From an uncultured virus (IMG/VR IMGVR_UViG_3300031951_000061) (taxonomy: Duplodnaviria; Heunggongvirae; Uroviricota; Caudoviricetes): a stretch of DNA of 37,592 nt. Shown here piece after piece: positions 1 through 8,841 of this stretch. The notes below the pieces were generated by a model that saw only the letters and a list, made by a program, of their open reading frames with translations, was not told the origin of the DNA and searched no databases. Where the stretch lies: IMG/VR virus record IMGVR_UViG_3300031951_000061. The stretch is one strand, 5' to 3'. A program made the position numbers and the translations under genes. The first letter of the stretch is position 1. Every line of letters starts with the position of its first letter.

Positions 1-1230
1 TTTTTCAACAATTGCAGTTGCATTAATACCGAACCTTGCAAGCATGTCTGATGCTTTTTCAGTTGGATTAATTAATGCTGCAAGACCTGACTTTAATGCG
101 TTAGCGCCTTCTGATGCATTAATACCGCCTTCTTTCATAGCAGCCATAAAGAATGTTAAGTCTTTTACATCTCCACCCAATTGTTGAATAACTGGTGCTA
201 CCTTTGGAATAGCAGTAGTGATATCATCAAGAGATACAACTGTTTGGTTTTCTACTGCGTTTAAAAAGTTAATAGAATCTGCAAGTCTGTCAGATGACAT
301 ACCAAAGGCATTTTGTAAAGAAATAGTTGTTTCAAGTGCTTTTTGACTATCAACTTGACCAAGAATAGAAAGTCGTGTTGCTTCTGTTGTTTGACGTTGT
401 AAATCTAGTCCTTGGAAGCCTGCTGCTGCAGCCTCTGCTGCTAATCCAACAGTAGTAGAAACTGCTACGCCATACTTTGTAAACTGCTTTCCTAATTCTG
501 TAATATTATCTAGTGCTGCCTGTGTTTCTGCCTGTGGTGTAAATAAGTCTCCATAAACTTTTCTAAATCTAAGTGCCTGTGCTTCCATGTCCATAAATGT
601 TTTGGTTGCTGCTGTGCCTACTGCCATCAATGGTAATGTAAAACCAACCATTAACTGACGACCAGCCCATTGTGTATTCTTACCAAAATTTAAAAGATTG
701 GTGGAACCCTGCTTCATTAATTGATTAAATAATGCCTGCTTCTGTGCTGCTATTTGAACTCTAGTTGTATAATCATCCATGTTCAACTGAGTTGGCATAA
801 CAGCCATTGCTTTCATTGCACCGTTAGTATCACGGCCCATCTTAATATATTGTGTTTGTAGTCTTTTTACACGTTCTTCGGCTACCTTGCCAATTGTGTC
901 AAACTCTGACCTAAATAATCTACCAAATGTTTTTGTAGATGCTCCCGCATAGCGGAAGTATTCCCGCATTGAAAATTTATTTTTTTCTAATGAGTCGGTA
1001 AATGATTCTGCAGATGTTTTAACTGTACGCATTTCGGCAGTAAATGAACCGATAGCGTTAATACTATTTAAAAGATTTTTCTGTAAGCCTCTTTGAGCAA
1101 GGGCTGCTGCTTCACTTGATTTGGCTATTGAGGTGTGAAACTGTGATATCTGACGTTGTAATGCTTTTAACTGTGCTAATGCATTAGACGAATCAATATT
1201 AATGTCAATATTAGCATTAACATCAGCCAT
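1..1230 (-). CDS. tail tape measure protein, TP901-like (N-terminal part; runs off the window)
   Basis: Hand translation from ATG at 1230 (GAGGTG SD upstream): MADVNANIDINIDSSNALAQLKALQRQI...AAEAAAAGFQGLDL...FMAAMKEGGINASEGANALKSGLAALINP. Open to base 1, Ala-rich and helical, directly after the tail chaperones. Confidence 0.93.
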   Translation of the reverse strand, partial: MADVNANIDINIDSSNALAQLKALQRQISQFHTSIAKSSEAAALAQRGLQKNLLNSINAIGSFTAEMRTVKTSAESFTDSLEKNKFSMREYFRYAGASTKTFGRLFRSEFDTIGKVAEERVKRLQTQYIKMGRDTNGAMKAMAVMPTQLNMDDYTTRVQIAAQKQALFNQLMKQGSTNLLNFGKNTQWAGRQLMVGFTLPLMAVGTAATKTFMDMEAQALRFRKVYGDLFTPQAETQAALDNITELGKQFTKYGVAVSTTVGLAAEAAAAGFQGLDLQRQTTEATRLSILGQVDSQKALETTISLQNAFGMSSDRLADSINFLNAVENQTVVSLDDITTAIPKVAPVIQQLGGDVKDLTFFMAAMKEGGINASEGANALKSGLAALINPTEKASDMLARFGINATAIVEK

Positions 1231-1252
1231 TTAGTTTCACACCTCTTTTAAA

Positions 1253-1582
1253 TTATTCAGCCATAGTTACGCCAAGAACGTCTGAAACTTCAGCAAGTTT
1301 AATACCTGATGCTGCTTCTACGATCTTGTAAACAGTTGGGAGATCAATATTCTCCTCTAGTTTCTTTACGTCTTCAGAGAGTTCTGGCTTGTATTGTTTC
1401 ATTGCAATCTGTACACATTCCATAAGAATGTCCATAGATTTCCCGTTATCTTCCGCCACTGCTCCCACACCCTCAAACTTCTTCATAAACGGACGAAGTA
1501 GAGAGATTTTTAGAGGACGTACTGTAACCTTTGTGCCATCAATCAATGTAAGAGTATTTTCCTCATACGTAGTTGTTGCCAT
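1253..1582 (-). CDS. tail assembly chaperone, gpG-like (short paralog)
   Basis: 109 aa between tail tube and tape measure genes; GGAGG SD; homologous to the N-terminal half of 1640..2335. Confidence 0.75.
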   Translation of the reverse strand: MATTTYEENTLTLIDGTKVTVRPLKISLLRPFMKKFEGVGAVAEDNGKSMDILMECVQIAMKQYKPELSEDVKKLEENIDLPTVYKIVEAASGIKLAEVSDVLGVTMAE

Positions 1583-1606
1583 TATTTCCTCCTATAGGTT
1601 ATGTCA

Positions 1607-1615
1607 ATTATAGCA
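1607..1615 (-). promoter_or_regulatory. extended -10 promoter (TGCTATAAT) for the short chaperone and tape measure genes
   Basis: TGnTATAAT about 25 nt upstream of ATG, followed by a GGAGG SD. Confidence 0.65.
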
Positions 1616-1639
1616 CGGAGGTGCTAATTTTTTATTGTA

Positions 1640-2335
1640 TTATTTTGTTAAATCTTCGTACTCTAAGCCCATGCCAATACCAAACCCTGCACTCTTGGCA
1701 TTTTGACCTTGAAGAGCCAATATGTCTTTACTATCACTTGTTTTACCTTTACTAAATACCCTGGCTTTCATGTCTTCCCATTCTTTTTGACCCCTTGAAG
1801 ATCCAGACTGTTTATCTAAGTCTACCCCTTGAATTGCAGCAAGAAACTTTTTTTCTTCATAGTCAAGTTCTCTACGACTAGAAAGGGTTGCCATAAGTTC
1901 TGGCATAGATAGTGATTCTTCTAACTCTTTGTAATCTTTCCAAATACCTATTAGAAATACCTCAGCCTCAATTTTTGCTAAATCCAAGTCTGACCATGTG
2001 GCACCACTATCCTCTGCTTGGTTTTTAACTGTCTGACTTGACTTTTCATTTATTTTAATTCCCGCCGAAATATCTAAAATTGTATATATTGTTGGCATAT
2101 CAAGACTATCCTCTATATCAGATTTTGTTAATATTATTTCTGGATAGTATTGCTTCATTGTAATTCTTACACATTCTATTAAATAATCTACGGCCTCATC
2201 ATCATTTTTGGCTTTTTTAACATATTCAAATGCTTCCATAAACTCACGTAGATATTTTATTTTTAGTGGCATAATCTCTAGTTCTGTGCCATCAATAAGT
2301 TTTATTATTTTATTTTGATAAACGGTTGTTGCCAT
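1640..2335 (-). CDS. tail assembly chaperone, gpGT-like (G domain plus in-frame C-terminal extension)
   Basis: 231 aa; first ~100 aa align with 1253..1582; C-terminal part (W-K-D-Y-K-E-L-E-E-S-L-S-M-P-E-L) resembles gpT-type extensions; position fits. Confidence 0.7.
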   Translation of the reverse strand: MATTVYQNKIIKLIDGTELEIMPLKIKYLREFMEAFEYVKKAKNDDEAVDYLIECVRITMKQYYPEIILTKSDIEDSLDMPTIYTILDISAGIKINEKSSQTVKNQAEDSGATWSDLDLAKIEAEVFLIGIWKDYKELEESLSMPELMATLSSRRELDYEEKKFLAAIQGVDLDKQSGSSRGQKEWEDMKARVFSKGKTSDSKDILALQGQNAKSAGFGIGMGLEYEDLTK

Positions 2336-2358
2336 GATTTATCTATTCTATCATAGGC

Positions 2359-2399
2359 AAAACAAAAAACCCACCTAATAAAAGGTGGGCCTTTGTTTT
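2359..2399 (-). terminator. intrinsic terminator after the tail tube gene
   Basis: Minus strand GGCCCACCT-TTTATT-AGGTGGGTT followed by TTTTGTTTT. Confidence 0.85.
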
Positions 2400-2413
2400 A
2401 ATCTAAAGTTAGA

Positions 2414-3046
2414 TTATGATTGACCAAATGTACGATCTACGATCTTTCCATATGATCCTGACGCATCTTCTGGTAGAAGACGGAATGAAACTTCAAACAT
2501 TGACGCTTCGTCACGCTTTGCGGATACAGTTACGTTCTCAATTGATAGAGCACGATATGCTGTGTAGACACGCTCAACAGAGTCAGAGTTGTCGCAATCT
2601 CCAGTTCCTGGTCCAACAGCAACGATTCCTCGTTCTACTGGACATTCTCCAAGTTCACCTGCAGATAGATTAAGTGTCTGACCTGTAGATGCTGCCTTGT
2701 TTCCTGTAAGTTGTGCATCAGAGAATGCTAATGCAAGAAGCAAGTTTTCTAGGGTTGCTTCAGCAAAAGCGGTAGCAAGATTAACTTGCATACCTTGCTT
2801 ATATAGTTTTGCAACGTCAAGAATTTGATCTACCTGGACTTCACCGAAGTCTGGTTGGAATTGTAATTCTAAACCGTTCATGGTATAACCTACGTTAGTG
2901 TACGCTGCATCTGCTGTCAGAGTATCCTTAAAAGACTCACTGGAATCAAAAGACTCTAGTGTGCCTGGTGTAAGGGTAGTATCTGCAACGAAAAGTGCTG
3001 CTGCACCAACGATAATGTTGTTTGACGTACCACGGCTATATGGCAT
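2414..3046 (-). CDS. major tail (tube) protein
   Basis: 210 aa; NIIVGAAALF, VGYTMNGLELQFQPDFGEVQVDQ and FEVSFRLLP are typical of siphoviral tube proteins; own promoter, GAGGTG SD and terminator. Confidence 0.85.
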   Translation of the reverse strand: MPYSRGTSNNIIVGAAALFVADTTLTPGTLESFDSSESFKDTLTADAAYTNVGYTMNGLELQFQPDFGEVQVDQILDVAKLYKQGMQVNLATAFAEATLENLLLALAFSDAQLTGNKAASTGQTLNLSAGELGECPVERGIVAVGPGTGDCDNSDSVERVYTAYRALSIENVTVSAKRDEASMFEVSFRLLPEDASGSYGKIVDRTFGQS

Positions 3047-3117
3047 ATTTATTCACCTCTTTCATAAAGTATATTAAGTTGTTTGGCGTGTTTCCTCAAA
3101 ACTAATTATACCGCTGT

Positions 3118-3690
3118 TTATGTGTATCTAGAGTCTGGCTCAGTCTTTATATGGTAGTCGTACTCAATGATTAATTTATTTACAAACAGGGTTCTGGCTG
3201 ATGCCAATTCTGCTACGTCCCTGCTTTCATCTGCCTGGTACACCCTTGTGTTATGGAAATAAATGTTATATGGTATAGACACCTCTCCAGCAGAGTTTAG
3301 TATAGGGTTTGAAATGCTATAAGAGTTTATATCCTGGGCTGAAGCGTCTTCACGATCAAGGGCATTTGAAATCACACGCACAGAATCTATTAACTTACCC
3401 ACATCTGTAGAATATATAAAATATATAAGTTGCTCTCTTTTGTGAGCATAAAATGGAGTAGGTCTAAACCTCATAAGTCTGTCATAAACAATAAGAACTG
3501 GGCTTTCTGTTTGTCTTATTTGAATACTATCGTTATATAAATCTTCAATGTTTGTTGGAAATTGTGCTGGAACCATTGGGGTTGGATTAACAAGGTCTGA
3601 TTCTGCAACAAGCCCATAGAATGCTAACTCAGATAAAACATATCTATTTAAAAAGGTAGGTGGAAAACCAGTGTCTGTTAGTATAGCCAT
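3118..3690 (-). CDS. putative tail terminator/completion protein
   Basis: 190 aa directly upstream of the tail tube gene; leaderless start (TAGAAT 6 nt before ATG). Call rests on synteny. Confidence 0.55.
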   Translation of the reverse strand: MAILTDTGFPPTFLNRYVLSELAFYGLVAESDLVNPTPMVPAQFPTNIEDLYNDSIQIRQTESPVLIVYDRLMRFRPTPFYAHKREQLIYFIYSTDVGKLIDSVRVISNALDREDASAQDINSYSISNPILNSAGEVSIPYNIYFHNTRVYQADESRDVAELASARTLFVNKLIIEYDYHIKTEPDSRYT

Positions 3691-3694
3691 AGTC

Positions 3695-4372
3695 TTATTC
3701 TACCCCAATTGTTGCATTAGTAATCCACTTAAAGCCTGTATCAACACCTTTACTTTTACCCATTTTTGATCCTGCTTTAAAATTCTTTTTGTATAAAGTT
3801 GGTTTTTTAATATAGTCGTATAAACCAGATGCTCTCAAAAATGATTGTTTAAAATATCTTGTCATAAATTCATCAAATGTTGATTCAAAACCTTTATATA
3901 CTGCATCTCCACCTGGATTTTCAATTTTAATTGGCTTACTTGTAAAAACTTCTCCGCTAGGTCCATTAAATTTCAATACTTTAGACTTGGTTGGTGCAAT
4001 TGTAACTGGAATTCCATTTTCCATTATTCTTGCTTTATCATAAAACGGGGCTGTCATATTTTCTGATACGCTTCTTGATTGTCTAAAGGTAGAATTAATA
4101 GATAATCCTAGATTGCTAACGGTATATCTTAAATCAAATAATCTTGCAGTTGGACTACCAGTTTGATTCCATTCGTAAACGTGATGTAATGCTTTTGGGT
4201 TTGACCTTGCCTGCACATCAATATATTGTGATAATGACTGAATAACTCCTAATCCCAAATTATCAAGAAATATTTTTTTACCACGATTTACACCCTCTAA
4301 AAATCCAAGGGAATAATTTACTATGTTATTCATTTGTTTAGTAAAAGAAAGCGTATTAGTGTTTACTATCAT
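3695..4372 (-). CDS. putative neck/tail-completion protein
   Basis: 225 aa, basic, in the head-tail joining block; coupled to the upstream gene. Call rests on synteny. Confidence 0.5.
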   Translation of the reverse strand: MIVNTNTLSFTKQMNNIVNYSLGFLEGVNRGKKIFLDNLGLGVIQSLSQYIDVQARSNPKALHHVYEWNQTGSPTARLFDLRYTVSNLGLSINSTFRQSRSVSENMTAPFYDKARIMENGIPVTIAPTKSKVLKFNGPSGEVFTSKPIKIENPGGDAVYKGFESTFDEFMTRYFKQSFLRASGLYDYIKKPTLYKKNFKAGSKMGKSKGVDTGFKWITNATIGVE

Positions 4373-4821
4373 TAGTCGCCTACGGTTTGATTTTCAGTTC
4401 TACGCCATAGCATTTTATAATACTCTACAGATCCAAATGGTCCAGTAAATGGCTCAACTGTTGCTATTTCATATATTGTTCCTCTACCAGATCTTGGGCC
4501 AGCAGTTTCCTTATAAATAATGCTATCACTAGCGTTTCTTACATTAGTTACAAGTATATTTGTTGTTGCATTATTTGCATTATTTGAAGATAATCTGGGG
4601 TCATTTTGGGTCCTTGCAATAAGTTTGTTTTCATATTGTAAAAATGCTTCTGGTTTAATATCTTCTGTTCCTAAGCCACCAACTGGTGTTGCATTACATA
4701 CTATAGTTCTATCATAAACCCAGTCTTTTTTGGGTTGACCATATTCACCTTGTGTAAGAATTGGGAAATATATATCAGCCTTCATTGGGTACATAAAGTC
4801 TGTAACTTCACATGAGTTCAT
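4372..4821 (-). CDS. putative head-closure (stopper) protein
   Basis: 149 aa, beta-rich (GEYGQPKKDW, YEIATVEPF), follows the adaptor; TAATG coupling. Confidence 0.55.
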   Translation of the reverse strand: MNSCEVTDFMYPMKADIYFPILTQGEYGQPKKDWVYDRTIVCNATPVGGLGTEDIKPEAFLQYENKLIARTQNDPRLSSNNANNATTNILVTNVRNASDSIIYKETAGPRSGRGTIYEIATVEPFTGPFGSVEYYKMLWRRTENQTVGD

Positions 4822-5822
4822 TACAAAACTCCAGGACGAACAATATTATTAACATATTTAGACAAAATCTTGTCTACAATAATATTTCCAGTACCCTCAA
4901 TCATTCTTTTATCGTATTCAATTTTAAATTGATCAGTGCTGTAGTTTTTTACATATCTCTTGTAATAATCTAATTTGCCACATTTAATGTCATTAATTAA
5001 TAATTTTGTGGCATCTTGAATATCAATAGGAACTACCTTGTATCCTGTTTCTACTAAGAAAATGTAATCTGTTCCATTTGGAAATCCTACGCCAGCCGTA
5101 ATAGTTTGAACATTTCCACTATCTTCTGTATCAAATATTGCAAACGAGTCTGAGGAAGCCACTGGAATTCTTGCTGGACGTCTTTCTGCTCTATTAAGAG
5201 AGTCTGTTGCTTGCACTGGATCTTTTGTAATTGCAGTTTTATCTTTAGTAATTAAATAATTATAATCTCCCAATGCTGGACCGTCTGGATCATCAATATC
5301 ATAAACTAACTCTGCATTTTCATATGCTTTTAATATTTTATGTGTTCTATCCCAAAGAGGAATGTAATCTGTTTCTTGACCAACTATTTCAAGATATTTA
5401 CGAGTATAGTAAAAACCATCAACCATTGTGTCAATAATTGCTCTTGCTAAAGATTCATATTCTTTATATTTAGCAATATCTGTGGCAGAGGTTTCACCAT
5501 TTGCAATTGCCAACTCTGTCGGATCTATATATGGACGTTCAATTTGTAAGTTATCTTCAACTACTATATCTCCACGTTCCCCATCAATATCTTCATATAT
5601 AGTCACTGCATAGGATTTATCATATTTAATAAAGTCCCCGCTTAGTTCATATGTAATAGTTCCTTCTGAAGAAGATGTTAGTCCAGATTCTGCACTAATA
5701 AATTCTTCAATTTCTGTTTGCTCTGGGACATCTTCAATAACAAGAATATAATCTGCTGCTTCATTTGGAACCTTATAGGTTACTGAAAGCGGGTATGGTG
5801 GTAAACGAAGTACTGTTGACAT
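4821..5822 (-). CDS. putative head-tail adaptor protein with N-terminal extension
   Basis: 333 aa; C-terminal GYKVVPIDIQDATKLLI...TGNIIVDKILSKY resembles SPP1 gp15-type adaptors; located after the capsid gene. Confidence 0.6.
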   Translation of the reverse strand: MSTVLRLPPYPLSVTYKVPNEAADYILVIEDVPEQTEIEEFISAESGLTSSSEGTITYELSGDFIKYDKSYAVTIYEDIDGERGDIVVEDNLQIERPYIDPTELAIANGETSATDIAKYKEYESLARAIIDTMVDGFYYTRKYLEIVGQETDYIPLWDRTHKILKAYENAELVYDIDDPDGPALGDYNYLITKDKTAITKDPVQATDSLNRAERRPARIPVASSDSFAIFDTEDSGNVQTITAGVGFPNGTDYIFLVETGYKVVPIDIQDATKLLINDIKCGKLDYYKRYVKNYSTDQFKIEYDKRMIEGTGNIIVDKILSKYVNNIVRPGVL

Positions 5823-6178
5823 TAATCTTTACGGTAATAAGATGCTACCTCTTCAGGTGACGCTATGCGTACAAGCCTATGAGTTAGCCACTTCTCCGAT
5901 GCCTCCTTTGACACTATGTTATACCCCACCTTTAAAGCACCAAGGTTGTCCATATGAAGATTTTTATCTGAATATAGAGCCACCTTGTTTGTTATATTTT
6001 CAGCCTTATCTGCTTCTTCTACACGCTCTTCTTTATTTTCTGGTGGAAACCAACTAGCAATAATTTCCAAAATTTCAAGTTTAGTACTTGCTTCAAACAA
6101 TTCTATATTATTTTTTTTAGCATATGCTTTTAATGCTAATACACTCTTAGTTGACAATTCTTCCATTGTTGTATTCAT
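5822..6178 (-). CDS. Rho-N/HeH-like domain protein
   Basis: N-terminal ELSTKSVLALKAYAKKNNIEL..TKLEILEII pattern; such genes commonly follow capsid genes. Confidence 0.55.
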   Translation of the reverse strand: MNTTMEELSTKSVLALKAYAKKNNIELFEASTKLEILEIIASWFPPENKEERVEEADKAENITNKVALYSDKNLHMDNLGALKVGYNIVSKEASEKWLTHRLVRIASPEEVASYYRKD

Positions 6179-6217
6179 AATTCTCCTGTACTCATTTGTA
6201 ATTATACCACCAGAATG

Positions 6218-6252
6218 ACAATAAGGAGGACGGTTTTTATACCGCCCTCCCT
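6218..6252 (-). terminator. stem-loop/terminator after the major capsid gene
   Basis: GGAGGGCGGT-loop-ACCGTCCTCC followed by a weak U tract (TTATTGT). Confidence 0.65.
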
Positions 6253-6271
6253 AGTACGTGATTGTTATATT

Positions 6272-7420
6272 TTAGGAATCAGCGCTATCTGAGTCAACAT
6301 ATGCGACTGCATCTAGTTCTTCCCATTGGATACCAAAGCGTACGAATACTGTGTATTCAATTGTGTCTTTCTTTGGCTTGTATTCACGGTTTACAGTGAT
6401 GTCTCTCTGGAAGCCCCATACACGGTTCTGAGGGAATGTTAAATCAACATAACCTGCAGGGTAGTAAGGAACCTCAAGAACATCTACACCAAGTACACGA
6501 GTTGTACGTGCATTACCTAGTGTCTGTGCTCCACCATCAAGGAATTCTTGACGATTTGCTTGTGTGCTACCAACACGATCAGCGAATGCTGATGAGATGG
6601 CGTCTGCAAGTGTACCGTTGTTGCGAACGATACCAGCAAATGCATCAGTACCTGCGTAGAACTTTAGATTGCTCTTAAGTGCACGATACTTGCGAGGCAT
6701 TGCTAATAGCAAACCTTGCATTACTGATGTTGTGTAGTTGTTATCTGAAACTGTTGCAGCATATTCGTGAGCATCGTTTCCGACTGTTCCACGAGTTTGC
6801 TTTACGAAACCTGCCATAATTGACAAGAATGCGTCTGCGCCTGTTCCAAGACCGTTGATAGCAAGATCTTCAATATCGTTTGCGAAAGCATTGGTCATTA
6901 AGCGAACTAAATGATCTTCAAGTGCTCCACCTTCAATATTGTCTTCAAGTGCTTCAGTTGATACTTCCCAATCAAGACGAATCTTTTTGGTTGTAAGTTC
7001 TACCTTTGAGAATGTTGCACCGATGTTTGTATAATCTGGTGCGCCTTGAGCAGCAGCACGAATTACACGTTCACCAACGTTTACCTTCTCAATTTCCATG
7101 GTGTTTGCTCTCATGGTGACACGACGGCCATCTTTAGCGAGGACAGTTGCATCCCATACGTAGTCAATAAAACGACGTGCTTGCTCTGGTGCTAAAATAC
7201 CACCTGCAACACCTGTTGGGTTTACTGCGTTTGCTCCAGTTGTTGAACCGAATGCTGCAGTAGCAGTGTTACCAAGTTGTGAACCTACAGATGATCCTGC
7301 AGAATCCAAACCTGTTGCACTACCTACACCACCTGATACAAATGAGCCTGCTGAGTTAATTTCAGCGCCTGCGGTTGCACCTGGATAGTTTTTTTCTAGG
7401 TCTTTATTTTGTTCCGACAT
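6272..7420 (-). CDS. major capsid protein (HK97 fold)
   Basis: 382 aa; GGILAPEQARRFID, FSKVELTTKKIRLDWEVSTEALEDNIEG, DIEDLAINGLGTG; strong GGAGGTG SD. Confidence 0.93.
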   Translation of the reverse strand: MSEQNKDLEKNYPGATAGAEINSAGSFVSGGVGSATGLDSAGSSVGSQLGNTATAAFGSTTGANAVNPTGVAGGILAPEQARRFIDYVWDATVLAKDGRRVTMRANTMEIEKVNVGERVIRAAAQGAPDYTNIGATFSKVELTTKKIRLDWEVSTEALEDNIEGGALEDHLVRLMTNAFANDIEDLAINGLGTGADAFLSIMAGFVKQTRGTVGNDAHEYAATVSDNNYTTSVMQGLLLAMPRKYRALKSNLKFYAGTDAFAGIVRNNGTLADAISSAFADRVGSTQANRQEFLDGGAQTLGNARTTRVLGVDVLEVPYYPAGYVDLTFPQNRVWGFQRDITVNREYKPKKDTIEYTVFVRFGIQWEELDAVAYVDSDSADS

Positions 7421-7448
7421 TATTTTTCACCTCCTAGTGATTTTTACC

Positions 7449-8042
7449 TTAGTTAAATAGGTCGGCATTTGTGAGGAAACGACCGCCCCATAGGGATTTT
7501 TGAACCACTTGTGGTGATTCCTGTACGATCTCGCCTAGATCGCCAGACTTGCGGAAAGCGGTGTCTTGTTCTACAAGATCTACTCGCTTGCCAAACTCGT
7601 TAAAGTTGCTCTTAATACCGTTAACATCTGCTGTTACTGCATCAAGAGATTTTGTTACTGCTGTTACCTTCTCGTTAAGAGATTTGATAGTTGCAGCAAG
7701 ATCGCCAAAGGCATTAGTAAGAGAAGTATTAATTTCTGAAACTGCCTTAGCAACTTCTTCTTTAACATCTGCAATAGATTTTTCCACTGCATTCTCTACT
7801 TCAACTGCTGCTTTTGCAACAGAAGAATCTGCACTACCGTCTTCTGATTTAGCAATAGCAAGTTCTTCAACTGCTGGTGCTTCTTCAGCGACTGCAGGGG
7901 TTTCTGTTGCTTCTGCAACAATTTTTTCTGCTTCTGCAACAATCTCTGTTGCTTCTGCTACTACCTCTGCTGGCTGTGCCTCTGGAGCAACCTCTGCATT
8001 TTCAACTGCAGTTTCTACAACTGCTTCTGTTGATTCTGTCAT
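7449..8042 (-). CDS. nested in-frame scaffolding protein (internal start)
   Basis: AAGGAGGT SD 7 nt before an in-frame ATG at 8042 (MTESTEAVVETAV...), exactly where the acidic scaffold composition begins. Confidence 0.65.
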   Translation of the reverse strand: MTESTEAVVETAVENAEVAPEAQPAEVVAEATEIVAEAEKIVAEATETPAVAEEAPAVEELAIAKSEDGSADSSVAKAAVEVENAVEKSIADVKEEVAKAVSEINTSLTNAFGDLAATIKSLNEKVTAVTKSLDAVTADVNGIKSNFNEFGKRVDLVEQDTAFRKSGDLGEIVQESPQVVQKSLWGGRFLTNADLFN

Positions 8043-8801
8043 TGGATTTACCTCCTTAGTAATCTTAATTGTATTAATGCCTTTAGCACTATCAACTAAG
8101 AATTTTATCATTTCTGCATTATCTTTATCATTCTTTTCTATAAAACCAATATTTTGCATTTTGTTTCCAGTTACTGGGCTTGCCACTGAGTCAGATTCTG
8201 ATACCATAACAATCCCGTTTTCTGAGTCCCAAAACACATTTTCAATTTCTGCTTTTGATAAATAACCACTAACAACATTTTGACCATTTACTTTTTCAAT
8301 AGATAAAATATTTGCAAATTGATTTGCTGGATTGTCTACAAGAGAAAGTTCATGTAATTCATAATTTTTAATTACACGAATTGTTTTATCAATTTTTGCA
8401 TCATAAGCATCATCCCAGGTTTTGATATTTCCACCAATAGAAAATCCTGTGTATGTTCCATCTAAAACTTTTTCCCAAGCATCTTGTGCGCCTTTGGAAA
8501 CATAGGCAGATACATAGACTCCGCTATAAAACTTTTTATCATTTGGATCAAAATACTTATCTTCTTTAAAAGAAACAATTTTACCTACAGCGCTTGGCTG
8601 GTGCATTTCACGAAGATTGCCACGGAAATTCTTAAAAGCCTCTATACTAGACTCTGTGGTTACAATATCACCTTGACGGTCAACATTGTCAAGCGTAGCA
8701 AAGCCAGACACCATACGGCGTTCAACGTCTATCTTTCCGATGGGCATTGAAAGGCGAACATTGTCACCTTTAGTTTCCCAATGAGCCTTGTTTGTTAACA
8801 T
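7449..8801 (-). CDS. prohead maturation protease fused to a scaffolding domain
   Basis: N-terminal SGFATLDNVDRQGDIV, REMHQ, YTGFSIGG, ELSLVDNPANQFA (HK97-type protease); C-terminal Ala/Glu-rich coiled coil. Confidence 0.88.
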   Translation of the reverse strand: MLTNKAHWETKGDNVRLSMPIGKIDVERRMVSGFATLDNVDRQGDIVTTESSIEAFKNFRGNLREMHQPSAVGKIVSFKEDKYFDPNDKKFYSGVYVSAYVSKGAQDAWEKVLDGTYTGFSIGGNIKTWDDAYDAKIDKTIRVIKNYELHELSLVDNPANQFANILSIEKVNGQNVVSGYLSKAEIENVFWDSENGIVMVSESDSVASPVTGNKMQNIGFIEKNDKDNAEMIKFLVDSAKGINTIKITKEVNPMTESTEAVVETAVENAEVAPEAQPAEVVAEATEIVAEAEKIVAEATETPAVAEEAPAVEELAIAKSEDGSADSSVAKAAVEVENAVEKSIADVKEEVAKAVSEINTSLTNAFGDLAATIKSLNEKVTAVTKSLDAVTADVNGIKSNFNEFGKRVDLVEQDTAFRKSGDLGEIVQESPQVVQKSLWGGRFLTNADLFN

Positions 8802-8841
8802 AACGTTATAATTATAGCACTGCTTTATATAGTTTTCTCAA

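Noticed and set aside
1253..2335. Programmed -1 frameshift between the tail chaperone ORFs
   Set aside because: The long ORF is already in frame and lies upstream; the two are separated by 57 bp containing a promoter and SD.
7549..8265. 238-aa plus-strand ORF and other antisense ORFs over structural genes (e.g. 16720, 20511, 21150, 22017, 27967)
   Set aside because: Shadow frames of Ala/Thr/Glu-rich genes, with no RBS or recognisable motifs.
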